Of a DNA stretch of 64,000 nt, positions 16,373 to 27,852 are shown piece after piece. The stretch covers positions 18,132 through 82,131 of the forward strand of contig JBAYIQ010000004.1 of the NCBI GenBank assembly GCA_041665545.1, given 5' to 3'. This DNA comes from Patescibacteria group bacterium (lineage in GTDB: Bacteria; Patescibacteriota; Patescibacteriia; UBA1558; GWA2-36-10). Position 1 is the stretch's first letter. Every line of letters starts with the position of its first letter. A model generated the notes under the pieces. That model worked only from the letters and a program-made list of their open reading frames with translations, did not search any database and was not told the origin of the DNA. The position numbers and the translations under genes were made by a program.

Positions 16373-16939
16373 ATGATAGCTTATCTGAAGGGTAGTGTAT
16401 TAAAAAAAGACCAAAAAGCCACCATTATAAACGTTAATGGCGTTGGCTATGAGGTTTTTTTGAAAAATAAGGACATTGCCAATCTCCAAATCAACGAATT
16501 TGTGGAGTTTTTCATTCATTCTTATATAAAAGAAGACGCCTTAGACCTATACGGCTTTGTTAATCCAGAAGAATTAGCTTTTTTCAAGCAACTACTTCAG
16601 GTGTCTGGTGTTGGCCCAAGGACGGCCATGAGCGTCATGTCTTTGGCTGAAGTGTTGGATTTGAAGAGGGCCATTACCAGTGGCAATCCCAGCTTCTTAC
16701 AACAAGTCTCTGGTATTGGCAAAAAAACAGCCGAGCGCCTGGTGGTGGAGCTGAAGGAAAAATTTATTGATGAGGTGTCGGCCGACGGTGCTCTTATCAA
16801 CACGGACCAGCAAGTAATATCGGCCCTAGTCTCCTTGGGCTACAAAGAGCGCGAGGTCATGGACATGACCAGGGGCCTGGAACTAGAAGGCGATTTGTCA
16901 GACAAAATAAAACAAGTTTTAAAAAATACCAAAAAATAA
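16373..16939 (+). CDS. ruvA: Holliday junction DNA helicase RuvA
   Basis: MIAYLKGSVLKKDQKATIINVNGVGYEVFL (domain I), followed by the helix-hairpin-helix motifs LLQVSGVGPRTAMSVMS and VSGIGKKTAERLVVEL. Confidence 0.85.
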   Translation: MIAYLKGSVLKKDQKATIINVNGVGYEVFLKNKDIANLQINEFVEFFIHSYIKEDALDLYGFVNPEELAFFKQLLQVSGVGPRTAMSVMSLAEVLDLKRAITSGNPSFLQQVSGIGKKTAERLVVELKEKFIDEVSADGALINTDQQVISALVSLGYKEREVMDMTRGLELEGDLSDKIKQVLKNTKK

Positions 16940-16941
16940 TT

Positions 16942-17961
16942 ATGAACATAGTTGTTGACCAAGAAAAAAACTATGATAATTTGTTGTATCGAAATTTTAT
17001 TTCGAGCAACTTTTTGCAGAGCAGTATTTGGAAAGATTTTTTAAAAAGACAGAATAAAAAATATTGGCCACTAGTAGCCACAGATGACGGTGTTGTTTTA
17101 GCCCTGTGCTTAATGTATGAGACCGACCTACCATTGGGCTTGAGTTATTTGACAGCCCCCAAGGGCCCAATTTTTTTAAAAAAAATAAGTGAAGAAAAAA
17201 AACAAGAATTAAGTAAACTACTTTTATCAAAGGCCAGAGACATTTGTTTGTCAACAAAAAAAAGAGAAGAAATATTTTGTCGTTTGGAGCCAAATACGGA
17301 TATCAAAATTCCTAAATTAAGAAAAAGCAGAGACATTCACCCGCGTGATACTTGGATTTTAGACTTGCAACAAAGTGAAGAAGAAATTTTGAACAAGATG
17401 CATCCCAAAGCCAGATACAATATTTCTTTGGCCAAAAAAAATGGTGTCCAAATAAAATTTAGTAAAGAAAAAAATGATCTTAACGAATTTTTGCGCTTGA
17501 TAAAACTAACTGCGACGCGCAATCAGATTTCTGTACACAGCGAGGAGTATTATAAATTACTATGGGAAACATTGGTGGACAATCGGGCCGGCGTTTTGGC
17601 TGTGGCCGAATACCATAGCGAGGTAATTGCCGCCAACCTTTTGGTAAATTTTGGTCAGAGTTGCACCTATTTGCATGGCGGTTCAGATTATAAACACAGA
17701 CACTTGATGGCCCCACACCTTTTGCAGTGGGAGAGTATTAGGCAAGCCAAGCAGGCCGGCTTTCTGGTTTATGATTTTTGGGGTATTGCGCCCAAGGATT
17801 CAAGCCAACCTCGCTGGGAAGGCATTACGCGCTTTAAGAAGGGCTTTGGTGGGCAACGCGTAGCTTCGCCGGGGGCTTACGATTTTATTTATCATCCCAC
17901 CTGGTATCAGGTCTATCATCATGGTCGAATGTTAGCTAATAAAATAAGAAATTTCCGATGA
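16942..17961 (+). CDS. FemAB-family peptidoglycan aminoacyltransferase (FemX-like)
   Basis: C-terminal YDFWGIAP...RFKKGFGG matches the FemAB (PF02388) catalytic region. The length is about 340 aa. Confidence 0.55.
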   Translation: MNIVVDQEKNYDNLLYRNFISSNFLQSSIWKDFLKRQNKKYWPLVATDDGVVLALCLMYETDLPLGLSYLTAPKGPIFLKKISEEKKQELSKLLLSKARDICLSTKKREEIFCRLEPNTDIKIPKLRKSRDIHPRDTWILDLQQSEEEILNKMHPKARYNISLAKKNGVQIKFSKEKNDLNEFLRLIKLTATRNQISVHSEEYYKLLWETLVDNRAGVLAVAEYHSEVIAANLLVNFGQSCTYLHGGSDYKHRHLMAPHLLQWESIRQAKQAGFLVYDFWGIAPKDSSQPRWEGITRFKKGFGGQRVASPGAYDFIYHPTWYQVYHHGRMLANKIRNFR

Positions 17962-18680
17962 TCAAAAAAGTTTTGATTTCCGCCGCTGGTCGTGGCACCC
18001 GCATGCTTGATTTAGGTAAAGACAAACCCAAGCACTTAATTGAGGTTAATAATAAGCCCTTTTTGTATTATTTATTAAGTAATTTGAAAAAGGCTGGTTT
18101 TACCGACATAACCATGGTGGTTGGCTACAAGAAAGAATTTATGGAAAAATTTTTTAGTCAGCACCAGGATGAGTTTAACATTACTCTAGTGAATCAGTTT
18201 GAAATTTTGGGAGACCAGCGCTATGGTACGGCCTGTCCACTAGAGTGCGTTCGCCAACTGATGAGCGCGGACAATTTTTTGTCAGTGAATGGTGACAATA
18301 TTTATGCGGTGGAAGATTTGGCCAATCTAAACACAGACGACGGCTTTTCTTATGTGGCTGGTTTCCCGCACCCTGAGCCCCAAAATTACGGCGTCTTACA
18401 AGTAGATGAAAATGGTTTGTTAAAAAATATTATTGAAAAGCCAAAAGAATTTGTTGGCAACTTGATTAACACCGGTCTTTACAAATTTAGCTACGAGGTA
18501 TTTAATTATTTAGATAAAATTGGTTTGTCACCGCGCGGTGAGTATGAGCTGACCGACGTCGTCAATCTGATGGCCAAAGACGGCAAGGTTAAGGCAATGA
18601 GCGTCAAGGGAATTTGGTTAGATTTTGGAAAACCAACCGACATACCAAAAGTGGAAAACTATTTGAACGGGCATGATTAA
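17958..18680 (+). CDS. Sugar-phosphate nucleotidyltransferase (NTP_transferase family)
   Basis: N-terminal LISAAGRGTRMLDLGKDKPKHLIEVNNKPFLYYLL carries the G-x-G-T-R-M nucleotide-binding signature of sugar-1-phosphate nucleotidylyltransferases. It is translationally coupled to its neighbours. Confidence 0.6.
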   Translation: MIKKVLISAAGRGTRMLDLGKDKPKHLIEVNNKPFLYYLLSNLKKAGFTDITMVVGYKKEFMEKFFSQHQDEFNITLVNQFEILGDQRYGTACPLECVRQLMSADNFLSVNGDNIYAVEDLANLNTDDGFSYVAGFPHPEPQNYGVLQVDENGLLKNIIEKPKEFVGNLINTGLYKFSYEVFNYLDKIGLSPRGEYELTDVVNLMAKDGKVKAMSVKGIWLDFGKPTDIPKVENYLNGHD

Positions 18681-19983
18681 AAAAATAATAAAAAAATTAA
18701 TCGGAAAAAAAACATTGTCACGTTACCATTATTTTTTGGCGCGAACCGCCTCTTTTGTTTATGGATCGCCGAGCGAAAAAATGATTGTTATTGGTGTGAC
18801 GGGTACCAACGGCAAAACCACCACTGTAAATATTATTTCTCAATATTTGGATTGTCTGAATAAGAAAAATGGTTTGGCCTCAACGGTAAATTTTAAAATC
18901 AACGACAAGAAGTGGCTCAATAAAAAAAAGATGACCATGCTCGGTCGTTTTCAAACCCAGAGATTACTCAGACAAATGTTAAAAGCTGGTTGTGAATATG
19001 CCATCATTGAAACCTCTTCACAAGGTATTGAACAACACCGTCAGATTGGTATCAATTACGATGTGTTACTTTTTACTAATTTAAGTCCCGAGCACATTGA
19101 GGCACACGGCAGTTTTGAAAATTATCGAGCAGCCAAAGAAAAACTTTTTTCAGAATTTGCTTCCTTGCCAAAGAAAAATATCAATGGCCAGGAAATAAAA
19201 AAAATTATAATCAGCAATATTGATGATCCAGAAACAGCTCGTTTGAAAAAATATCAGGCGGACAAATTTTTAACCTATGGATTTGAAAATAGCGGTGATT
19301 ATCAGGGGAAGGATTTGCAAGCAGGAGAAGGCAGGATTTCTTTCAAGTTGGGTGGTCAGGAAATTAGTGCTAGATATTTGGGTAAATTCAATGGCTATAA
19401 TATTTTGGCTGCCCTAGCCTGTTTGGATGCCCTGGGATTAAACACCAAACAAGCAATTTCTTGTGGCCTGCGCAACATACCTGGTCGCCAAGAGTGGATT
19501 AAATTGGGGCAAAATTTCAAAATAATGGTTGATTATGCTCCAGAGCCAGAGAGCTTAAAACAACTTTATGAGGCCATCAAAGAGGTAAAGAGAAACAAAC
19601 TTATTCATGTTTTGGGCTCTTGTGGTGGTGGTCGGGATCAAGCTAGGCGCCCGATTTTGGGTAAAATGGCCGGCGAAACAGCTGATTTAGTGATAGTGAC
19701 CAATGAGGATCCCTATGACGAAGATCCGCAAATGATTATTGATAATGTGGCCCAAGGAGCATTGGAGGCTGGAAAAGAGCTTAATAAGACACTGTTAAAA
19801 TACTTAGATCGTAGAAAAGCCATTAAAAAAGCCCTGTCAGAGGCCAAGGAAAATGACCTGGTTCTAATAACTGGCAAGGGTGCCGAGCAGTTTATTTGTG
19901 TGGCCAATGAAAAAAAGATTCCCTGGGACGATAGGACAGTTGTCAAGGAAGAGCTGAAAAACCTTGATTCATCAATAAAATAG
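18673..19983 (+). CDS. Mur ligase family protein lacking the usual N-terminal domain
   Basis: The P-loop VIGVTGTNGKTTT sits at residue ~40, and MVDYAPEPESL matches the Mur ligase DYAHNP motif. The early P-loop position resembles FolC or CapB-like short forms rather than MurE. Confidence 0.55.
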   Translation: MIKKIIKKLIGKKTLSRYHYFLARTASFVYGSPSEKMIVIGVTGTNGKTTTVNIISQYLDCLNKKNGLASTVNFKINDKKWLNKKKMTMLGRFQTQRLLRQMLKAGCEYAIIETSSQGIEQHRQIGINYDVLLFTNLSPEHIEAHGSFENYRAAKEKLFSEFASLPKKNINGQEIKKIIISNIDDPETARLKKYQADKFLTYGFENSGDYQGKDLQAGEGRISFKLGGQEISARYLGKFNGYNILAALACLDALGLNTKQAISCGLRNIPGRQEWIKLGQNFKIMVDYAPEPESLKQLYEAIKEVKRNKLIHVLGSCGGGRDQARRPILGKMAGETADLVIVTNEDPYDEDPQMIIDNVAQGALEAGKELNKTLLKYLDRRKAIKKALSEAKENDLVLITGKGAEQFICVANEKKIPWDDRTVVKEELKNLDSSIK

Positions 19984-20016
19984 GGGTTTTTTAGTAAAAT
20001 AAAGTTTTTAAAGCAC

Positions 20017-20056
20017 GTGGCGGTGCTTGCACCGTTAGACGCAAGGCGTCTAACGG
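20017..20056 (+). terminator. Rho-independent terminator after the Mur-ligase operon
   Basis: GCACCGTTAGACGC-AAGG-CGTCTAACGGTGTG is a strong hairpin. A T-run (GGTTTTTGTGG) lies slightly downstream. Confidence 0.5.
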
Positions 20057-20215
20057 TGTGGATAAAGTGTGTGCAAAGAGTGGTTTTTGTGGATATTTTA
20101 GCAAAAACTAGTTAAAATTTGACAAACGTAAAAAATTGTATATACAGTATTTTTAGCTAATATTGGCGATTTATTTACAAAAAAAATATTTATAGCAAAA
20201 AAATGGGTTAAATCC

Positions 20216-20244
20216 TTGACATGGACCCTAAATTTTGTTATCAT
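20216..20244 (+). promoter_or_regulatory. Putative rpoB promoter (TTGACA-17-TATCAT)
   Basis: TTGACATGGACCCTAAATTTTGTTATCAT lies about 150 nt upstream of the rpoB ATG. Confidence 0.4.
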
Positions 20245-20395
20245 CCAGACATGAATTTTTTCGCGACTAATATAGATTAGTCAATTTGTAATCAAAGACT
20301 GACCCAAAATATATGGGTGAGCTTCTTTTTTTATGCTACAAAATAAGCAATTTTGTGACTGTTAGCTAAATATTTATTACTAAATATAAAGGTTT

Positions 20396-23300
20396 ATGTC
20401 CCAAACCAAGCTTGCGACCTCTCGTAAATATTTCACACCATTACGCGAGGCCATTCCCTTGCCCGACTTGATAGAAATCCAAAAAAAATCATATCATTGG
20501 TTTTTTCAAGATGGCTTAAAAGAATTATTTGATGAGATTTCGCCCATTAAAGATTTTATTGGTCGAGATTTAGAATTGTTCTTTTTAGAATATTATTTAG
20601 ATGAGCCGAAGTTTGATGAGGTGACTGCTAAAAGCAAGAACCTTACTTTTGAGGCGCCACTGAGGGTTAATGTTCGTTTATCAAACAAGCGCACCAATGA
20701 GGTCAAGGAGCAAGAGATTTATTTGGGAGATTTTCCTCTAATGACTGACCGAGGCACCTTCATAGTTAATGGTGTAGAAAGAGTAGTGGTGTCTCAATTG
20801 ATTCGCAGCGCTGGAGTTTTCTTTTCTTCAGAAGTACATCGTGGTCGTCGTTACTATGGCGCCAAAATTATTCCTAATCGTGGAGCTTGGTTAGAAATAG
20901 AGACCGATGCTAGCAATGTTATTTATGTAAAAATTGATCGCAAGCGCAAAGTACCAGTTACTTCGCTGTTGCGAGCTTTTGGTGTTTCTAGTGACGAAGA
21001 AATATTAAAATTATTTTCTGATGTCGATACTCACCCAGAAGTGAAGTTTATCAAAGCAACTGTTGCCAAAGATATTGCGCACAATGAAGCTGATGGTTTG
21101 CGGGAAGTATATCGTCGTATTAGACCGGGCGATCTAGCCACGGTTGATAACGCGCGCAGTTTGATCCGCTCCATATTTTTTAATTTTGATCGTTATGATT
21201 TTGGACGCGTGGGTCGCTACAAAATAAACGCCCGTTTTAGTTTGGATATTCCTAACAACAAAGAAACCAGAGTATTGCGCGTGGAAGATTTGGTTTTGGT
21301 TATTAAAGAAATTATTAGATTAAACCTGACCCAAGACGAAGCTGATGACATTGATCATTTGGGAAATCGTCGTGTCAGAGCAGTTGGCGAGTTGGTGCAA
21401 AACAGATTCCGCATTGGTTTGGCTCGTATGGAGCGCATTGTCAAAGACCGCATGAGTACTTTGGACATCAATAATTTGACACCCAGTCAATTGATTAATG
21501 CTCGACCGGTTATTGGTGTGATAAAGGAGTTTTTTATGAGCTCCCAACTTTCACAATTCATGGATCAAGTTAATCCTTTGGCCGAGCTAGAACACAAGCG
21601 CCGACTGTCAGCCATGGGACCAGGGGGCCTTTCTCGCGAAAGAGCGGGCTTTGAAGTCCGTGATGTGCACCGCACACACTATGGTCGCATTTGTCCAATT
21701 GCCACACCCGAAGGACCAAACATTGGTTTGGTGGGACACTTGGCCTCTTATGCCAGAGTCAATGATTTTGGTTTTATTGAAACACCATTTAGAAAAGTTT
21801 TGCACGACATTGAAAATGATCCAAAAATTACCGAAGGCAAGATTGCCAGAGTAGACATCAAGGATCCCAAGGGCAAAAAAGTTTTAATAAGTGCCAACGA
21901 AGTTATTAGCGCCAGCCAAGCCAGGGAACTAGCCAAAATAAAAGAGATAGAACTAGTGCCGATTAAACCACTGGTTACCAAAGAAATTGTTTATTTGGAC
22001 GCCTTTGAAGAAGAGAAATACAATACCTGCGCCTCAACCGCGGCTATAGATGAAAATGGTTATTTTGAAAATGGGTTTGCCGAAATAAGAATAAAAGGCA
22101 ACCCAACTTTTGATACAGTTGATAAAATAGACTTGATGGATGTGGCACCACATCAGATTATTAGTATTGCCACAGCATTGATTCCATTCCTAGAAAATGA
22201 CGATGCTACTCGCGCTTTGATGGGCACCAATATGCAACGTCAGTCTGTTTCCTTGATTAAGCCCGAAGCGCCAATTGTGGGCACCGGCGTTGAAGCCAAG
22301 GCCGCCATTGACTCAGGACAAGTAGTGGTGACCAAAGAGGATGGTGAAATTACCATGGTTGATGGACGTCGTATTGAGGTGACCAATAAAGATAAAGTTT
22401 CTACTATTTATCACTTGAATAAATTTGCTCGTTCCAATACCTCAACCAGCATGAATCAGCACCCTATAGTCAACAAGGGTGAGCATGTTAAAAAAGGCCA
22501 AGCCATTGCCGATGGCGCCGCCACTGATCAGGGCGAGCTAGCCCTAGGTCGCAATGTTTTGGTGGCCTACATGACTTGGGATGGTGGAAATTATGAAGAT
22601 GCTATTTTAATTTCGGAGCGAGTGGTCAAGGAAGATTTTTATACTTCAATTAGTATTGAAGATTATTCTATTGATGTGCGCGACACCAAATTGGGGCCAG
22701 AAATGGTTACCAGAGATATTCCGAACGTTAGTGAAGAAAAATTGAAAGATTTAGATCGCGAGGGGGTGGTCCGCATTGGCGCCAACGTTTCTTCCGGAGA
22801 TATTTTGGTTGGCAAGATTACGCCTAAAGGCGAGACCGAGCTTTCGGCTGAAGAAAAATTGTTACGCGCTATTTTTGGAGAAAAAGCCAAAGACGTTCGC
22901 GACACTTCATTGTATATAAAACATGGTGAGCGCGGAAAAGTAATTGATATAAAAATATTTTCCAGAGACAAGGGCGATAAGTTACCAGCTGGTGTTATTA
23001 AAACAATTCAGATTACCATTGCTCAACTTAGAAAAATTCAGGTTGGCGATAAAATGGCTGGTCGTCATGGTAACAAAGGAGTTATTTCTAGAGTAGTGGC
23101 TGATGCCGATATGCCTTTCTTGGCTGACGGTACTCCGGTGGATATTATTTTAAACCCCCTAGGTGTTATTTCTCGTATGAACCTAGGCCAGCTACTGGAA
23201 ACCCATCTTGGCTTGGCGGCTAGAACACTGGGCTACAAGGTGGCCAGCCCATCTTTAAATAGCGTGCCCGAAGAAATAATTCGCACCGAACTGAAGCGTG

Positions 23301-23833
23301 CTGGTTTACCAGAAAGCGGTAAATTACAACTTTATGATGGTCGTAATGGTCGGGCTTTTGAACACCAAACAACTATTGGTGTGGCCTACATGATGAAGTT
23401 GAATCACTTAGTAGAAGACAAGATTCACCAAAGATCAATTGGACCATACTCCTTGGTCACTCAGCAACCTTTGGGTGGTAAAGCTCAATTTGGTGGACAG
23501 CGTTTTGGTGAAATGGAAGTTTGGGCTCTTGAGGCCTATGGTGCTTCCAATACTTTGCAAGAAATGATTACCATCAAATCCGATGATGTACCTGGTCGCT
23601 CCAAGGCCTATGAATCAATTATTAAGGGTGAACCTATAACTCGTTTGAATATACCAGAGTCGTTCAATGTCTTGGTCAGGGAGTTAAAAGGCCTAGGTCT
23701 TGAAGTTGAGTTGATTGGTCAGCGAGAAAGAAAGATTGAGGAAGTAGACTACGAGACTAGAGAAATTTTGGATGAGCAGGCCCCAATCATTTTGGATGCG
23801 CCAGCTAGTGGTCCGGTTGAGAGCGAAGAATAA
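20396..23833 (+). CDS. rpoB: DNA-directed RNA polymerase subunit beta
   Basis: A 1145 aa protein with conserved RpoB blocks (GFEVRDVHRTHYGRICPIATPEGPNIGL, NMQRQSVSLI, KLNHLVEDKIHQRSIGPYSLVTQQPLGGKAQFGGQRFGEMEVWALEAYGA). Confidence 0.95.
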   Translation: MSQTKLATSRKYFTPLREAIPLPDLIEIQKKSYHWFFQDGLKELFDEISPIKDFIGRDLELFFLEYYLDEPKFDEVTAKSKNLTFEAPLRVNVRLSNKRTNEVKEQEIYLGDFPLMTDRGTFIVNGVERVVVSQLIRSAGVFFSSEVHRGRRYYGAKIIPNRGAWLEIETDASNVIYVKIDRKRKVPVTSLLRAFGVSSDEEILKLFSDVDTHPEVKFIKATVAKDIAHNEADGLREVYRRIRPGDLATVDNARSLIRSIFFNFDRYDFGRVGRYKINARFSLDIPNNKETRVLRVEDLVLVIKEIIRLNLTQDEADDIDHLGNRRVRAVGELVQNRFRIGLARMERIVKDRMSTLDINNLTPSQLINARPVIGVIKEFFMSSQLSQFMDQVNPLAELEHKRRLSAMGPGGLSRERAGFEVRDVHRTHYGRICPIATPEGPNIGLVGHLASYARVNDFGFIETPFRKVLHDIENDPKITEGKIARVDIKDPKGKKVLISANEVISASQARELAKIKEIELVPIKPLVTKEIVYLDAFEEEKYNTCASTAAIDENGYFENGFAEIRIKGNPTFDTVDKIDLMDVAPHQIISIATALIPFLENDDATRALMGTNMQRQSVSLIKPEAPIVGTGVEAKAAIDSGQVVVTKEDGEITMVDGRRIEVTNKDKVSTIYHLNKFARSNTSTSMNQHPIVNKGEHVKKGQAIADGAATDQGELALGRNVLVAYMTWDGGNYEDAILISERVVKEDFYTSISIEDYSIDVRDTKLGPEMVTRDIPNVSEEKLKDLDREGVVRIGANVSSGDILVGKITPKGETELSAEEKLLRAIFGEKAKDVRDTSLYIKHGERGKVIDIKIFSRDKGDKLPAGVIKTIQITIAQLRKIQVGDKMAGRHGNKGVISRVVADADMPFLADGTPVDIILNPLGVISRMNLGQLLETHLGLAARTLGYKVASPSLNSVPEEIIRTELKRAGLPESGKLQLYDGRNGRAFEHQTTIGVAYMMKLNHLVEDKIHQRSIGPYSLVTQQPLGGKAQFGGQRFGEMEVWALEAYGASNTLQEMITIKSDDVPGRSKAYESIIKGEPITRLNIPESFNVLVRELKGLGLEVELIGQRERKIEEVDYETREILDEQAPIILDAPASGPVESEE

Positions 23834-23854
23834 ATAAATTAGAGAATAAAATAT

Positions 23855-26800
23855 ATGCCAACTCCATCGTCAACCAAAACAACCTTTGTCGGTAATGACA
23901 AAAATACGGTTTTGGAATTTGATGCCATAAAATTACGCCTGGCCTCACCAGAAGATATTCATGGCTGGTCACATGGCGAAGTTTTAAAACCAGAGACACT
24001 GAATTATCGCACCCAAAAGCCGGAAAAAGACGGGTTGTTTTGCGAAAAAATATTTGGACCCACCAAAGATTGGGAGTGTTATTGTGGCAAATACAAGCGC
24101 ATCAGATACAAGGGCATTGTTTGCGACAAATGCGGAGTGGAAGTTACCAGAGCCGTAGTTCGTCGTGAGCGCATGGGTCACATTGATTTGGCTGCCCCAG
24201 TGTCTCACATTTGGTTTTTACGAGGCATCCCCTCAAAAATTGGTTTGGTGCTTGATTTGAGCATTCAGTCATTGGAAAAAATAATTTATTTTGCTTCTTT
24301 TATTGTGATCAAAATTGATGAGCCAGCTCGTCAAGAAACGCTAGAGCAAATAAAAACCGAATTAAAAAGTAAGCGCAAACAAATTGATAATGAGTTCAAT
24401 CAGCGCTCTCAGGAAATAAATAAAAGTAAAGTAAAAATGTTGGCCGACGGTGAAGCCAAAGAAAAAGTAGATAAAAAAACTGAACAGGAATTGTTAGCCC
24501 TAAATGTTGCTAAAATTGATAAAATTAAAACTCTAGAAGAAGCCGCTGAAACCGCCATTAAGGAGCTGAAAGATCTGCACGAATTACAAATTGTTTCTGA
24601 AAATAAATATCAAGAACTTTCTTTGCGCTATGGGCATGTTTTTGAGGCAGGCATTGGCGCGGAAGCAATTTTTGATTTACTCAAAAAAATTAGCTTGCCA
24701 AAATTGTTGAGCGACCTAGAAGAAGAAATCAAAACAGCTCTACCATCTAAGACAAAAAAACTCATTAGACGCTCACGCCTGATTAAGAGTTTGATCATCA
24801 ACAAAATCAGACCAGAGTGGATGATAATGTCAGCCATACCAGTCATACCTCCGGATTTGCGTCCTATGGTTCAGTTGGACGGCGGACGCTTTGCTTCCTC
24901 CGATCTTAATGATTTGTATCGTCGAGTAATCAATCGCAACAATCGTTTGAAGAGATTGAAGGAATTGAATGCCCCAGAAGTTATACAGCGCAATGAAAAA
25001 AGAATGTTGCAAGAGGCTGTTGACGCCTTGATAGATAATAATGCCAGACACGGCAAAACAGTTACGGCCTCAACTGGTCAAAAACGCATGCTCAAGAGCA
25101 TTGCCGACATGTTGAAGGGTAAGCAGGGTCGTTTTCGACAGAACTTACTTGGCAAAAGGGTTGACTACTCTGGTCGCTCAGTCATTGTTGTTGGTCCGCA
25201 TTTAAAATTGCACCAATGCGGTTTGCCAAAAATAATGGCCTTGGAACTATTCAGACCATTTGTAATTTCCAAATTAATCAAAGCCGAACTAGTGCATAAT
25301 GTGCGTAGCGCTAACAAATATATTGAAGCCGGACATCCAGAGGTTTGGGCCATCTTGGAAGATATTATTAAAGACGCCCACGTGCTACTTAACCGCGCTC
25401 CAACTTTGCATCGTTTGGGCATTCAAGCTTTTCGGCCAATATTAATTGAGGGCAAAGCCATACAACTGCACCCACTTGTCTGCACAGCTTTCAACGCTGA
25501 CTTTGATGGCGACCAAATGGCCGTACACGTGCCTTTGACTGAAGAAGCCAAGGCCGAAGCATCAAGCTTAATGCTTTCATCTAACAACTTATTAAAACCA
25601 GCTACTGGTGAACCAGTAACCATGCCAACACAAGACATGGTCTGGGGTGGCTACTATATGACCTATATTCGTAAAGACGCTAAGGTAGTTAAGGTATTTA
25701 CCGATGAAGATGAGGCCGAGAAAGTTTTTACCCTGGGTTTGATAAAATTGCAAGATTTGATAAAGGTAAGAGTTGAAAAGATAAATGATCAAATTATAGA
25801 AACCTCAATTGGTCGTATTTTATTTAATAAAATTTTGCCAAAAGAAATTTCTTTTGTGAATCACGCTGTGGACAAGAAAGCTATGAAAAATATTGTGGCC
25901 GAAGCTTTCCGCATTTTGCCACACGACAGAACCGTTCGCTTGTTAGACGACATTAAAGATTTGGCCTTCCGCTATATTACTGATTCTGGTATGTCCTGGG
26001 GCATGGATGATATACCGCGGGTAGAAGCCAAAGCGGCCCTGATCAAGGAAGCGGAAAAACAGGTGGAAGAAATAAAGGAACAATATAATAATGGTTTGTT
26101 GACTAACCACGAGCGTTATATAAAAGTAATTGAAGTTTGGAATGAAATTAAAAATCGTATTAGTGAACAGTGCAAATTAGTGTTTAACCAAGAAAATTCC
26201 ATTGCTTCAATCATTAACTCTGGTGCCCGCGGTACTTGGTCACAGATGTTGCAGATCATGGGTTTGAAGGGCACGGTTATTAATCCAGCTGGTGAGGTTA
26301 TCGAATTACCCATCAAGGCCAGTTTCCGAGAAGGTTTGGACGTTTTGGAATATTTTATTTCCACTCACGGCACTAGAAAAGGACTTTCTGATACGGCCTT
26401 GCGTACGGCCAGCGCTGGTTATTTGACCAGACGCTTGGTTGATGTTTCTCAAGACGTGGTGGTTTTGGAAGAAGACTGTGGAGACAAGGAGGGTTTACTT
26501 ATCGACAGAGAGGAGAGTGCCAATTTTAATGAGCCGTTGCATGAGCGCATTATTGGTCGTACTTTGGTGAATGATATCAAGGATCCAAATAGCAAAAAAG
26601 TTTTAATTAAAAAAGGAATATTAGTTACCAAAGAATTGGCCGATCATGTTGCCAAAGTCGACTTAGAATCTATCCGTATTCGTTCTGTCTTAACTTGTAA
26701 AGCCATACGTGGCGTGTGTCAAAAGTGCTATGGTTATGACCTGGGTTACAATCGTTTGGTAGAAAAAGGCACGGCCGTTGGTATCGTGGCCGCTCAAAGT

Positions 26801-27745
26801 ATTGGTGAGCCCGGTACGCAGTTGACTATGCGCACCTTCCACACTGGCGGTGTGTCCGAAGGTGACATCACCCAAGGTTTGCCTAGGGTTGAAGAATTAT
26901 TTGAAGCCCGCTTACCAAAGAAGCCGGCTATCATTGCTCCAGTCAATGGTGTGGTTTTGATTACGGAAACAAACAAATTGATTAGCAAGGATAATCAAGT
27001 TATTAAAATAGAACCACAGGGTGCGCGTATTGCTAGGTATGATTTGGACAAGTCCACAGAGCTCAAAGTCAAAGACGGAGAAGAAGTGGCCAAAGAACAA
27101 TTATTAATCATCAATGAAGAGCAAGAAATAAGAGCCACCTTTGCTGGTGTTGCCAAATTGACAGACGATCAATTACAAATAATCAGTCACAAAAATGAAG
27201 TGATTGACGTTATTATACCAGCCGGCTACAAACTTTATGTAAAAAATAAAGACATAGTAGTTGAGGGTCAATCCATGACCGAGGGTAGTGTTGATTTGCA
27301 CGAATTGTATCAGATCAAGGGCCAGTTGGCAGTGCAAAAATATATTATTAAAGAGATTAAAAGTATTTATTCTTTGCAAGGTCAAAATTTAAATGATAAG
27401 CACGTCGAGCTTATTGTTAAACAAATGTTTTCTCGAATTTTTATCAAGGATATTGGTGATACCGATTTATTACCCGGAGAAATTATTACCAGTACGCAGT
27501 TTAGTGAGGCCAATCTCAAGACCAAGGGCCAAGAGGCCAAGGGAGAGGTTTTATTGATGGGTATTACTAAGGCCGCCTTGACCTCAGATTCATTTTTGTC
27601 AGCGGCCTCGTTTCAAGAAACAGCCAGGGTCTTAATTGATGCCGCTATTTCTGGTCGCGTTGATCATCTCAAGGGATTGAAAGAGAATGTGATTATTGGT
27701 CGTAAAATACCAGCTGGCACAGGATTTATAGATAAGACTAAATAA
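23855..27745 (+). CDS. rpoC: DNA-directed RNA polymerase subunit beta'
   Basis: A 1296 aa protein with zinc motif [23 protein letters not shown], catalytic [15 protein letters not shown], and trigger-loop regions. Confidence 0.95.
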   Translation: MPTPSSTKTTFVGNDKNTVLEFDAIKLRLASPEDIHGWSHGEVLKPETLNYRTQKPEKDGLFCEKIFGPTKDWECYCGKYKRIRYKGIVCDKCGVEVTRAVVRRERMGHIDLAAPVSHIWFLRGIPSKIGLVLDLSIQSLEKIIYFASFIVIKIDEPARQETLEQIKTELKSKRKQIDNEFNQRSQEINKSKVKMLADGEAKEKVDKKTEQELLALNVAKIDKIKTLEEAAETAIKELKDLHELQIVSENKYQELSLRYGHVFEAGIGAEAIFDLLKKISLPKLLSDLEEEIKTALPSKTKKLIRRSRLIKSLIINKIRPEWMIMSAIPVIPPDLRPMVQLDGGRFASSDLNDLYRRVINRNNRLKRLKELNAPEVIQRNEKRMLQEAVDALIDNNARHGKTVTASTGQKRMLKSIADMLKGKQGRFRQNLLGKRVDYSGRSVIVVGPHLKLHQCGLPKIMALELFRPFVISKLIKAELVHNVRSANKYIEAGHPEVWAILEDIIKDAHVLLNRAPTLHRLGIQAFRPILIEGKAIQLHPLVCTAFNADFDGDQMAVHVPLTEEAKAEASSLMLSSNNLLKPATGEPVTMPTQDMVWGGYYMTYIRKDAKVVKVFTDEDEAEKVFTLGLIKLQDLIKVRVEKINDQIIETSIGRILFNKILPKEISFVNHAVDKKAMKNIVAEAFRILPHDRTVRLLDDIKDLAFRYITDSGMSWGMDDIPRVEAKAALIKEAEKQVEEIKEQYNNGLLTNHERYIKVIEVWNEIKNRISEQCKLVFNQENSIASIINSGARGTWSQMLQIMGLKGTVINPAGEVIELPIKASFREGLDVLEYFISTHGTRKGLSDTALRTASAGYLTRRLVDVSQDVVVLEEDCGDKEGLLIDREESANFNEPLHERIIGRTLVNDIKDPNSKKVLIKKGILVTKELADHVAKVDLESIRIRSVLTCKAIRGVCQKCYGYDLGYNRLVEKGTAVGIVAAQSIGEPGTQLTMRTFHTGGVSEGDITQGLPRVEELFEARLPKKPAIIAPVNGVVLITETNKLISKDNQVIKIEPQGARIARYDLDKSTELKVKDGEEVAKEQLLIINEEQEIRATFAGVAKLTDDQLQIISHKNEVIDVIIPAGYKLYVKNKDIVVEGQSMTEGSVDLHELYQIKGQLAVQKYIIKEIKSIYSLQGQNLNDKHVELIVKQMFSRIFIKDIGDTDLLPGEIITSTQFSEANLKTKGQEAKGEVLLMGITKAALTSDSFLSAASFQETARVLIDAAISGRVDHLKGLKENVIIGRKIPAGTGFIDKTK

Positions 27746-27747
27746 AA

Positions 27748-27777
27748 AAAGCCCCCAATATTGGGGGCTTTTTTGTT
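27748..27777 (+). terminator. Rho-independent terminator after rpoC
   Basis: AAAAAAAGCCCCCAATATTGGGGGCTTTTTTGTT. Confidence 0.8.
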
Positions 27778-27852
27778 AGGGATGGGTTTTATTTTTATAC
27801 TAGATTGTGATAAAATACACTGATAAGATAGCTGTATAATAAGCTTTTTATT

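Noticed and set aside
20058-20066. Single perfect DnaA box TGTGGATAA in the terminator after the Mur-ligase operon
   Set aside because: It is an isolated 9-mer, roughly 0.5 expected by chance in the window. It is not clustered, and the dnaA-flanking spacers are better origin candidates.
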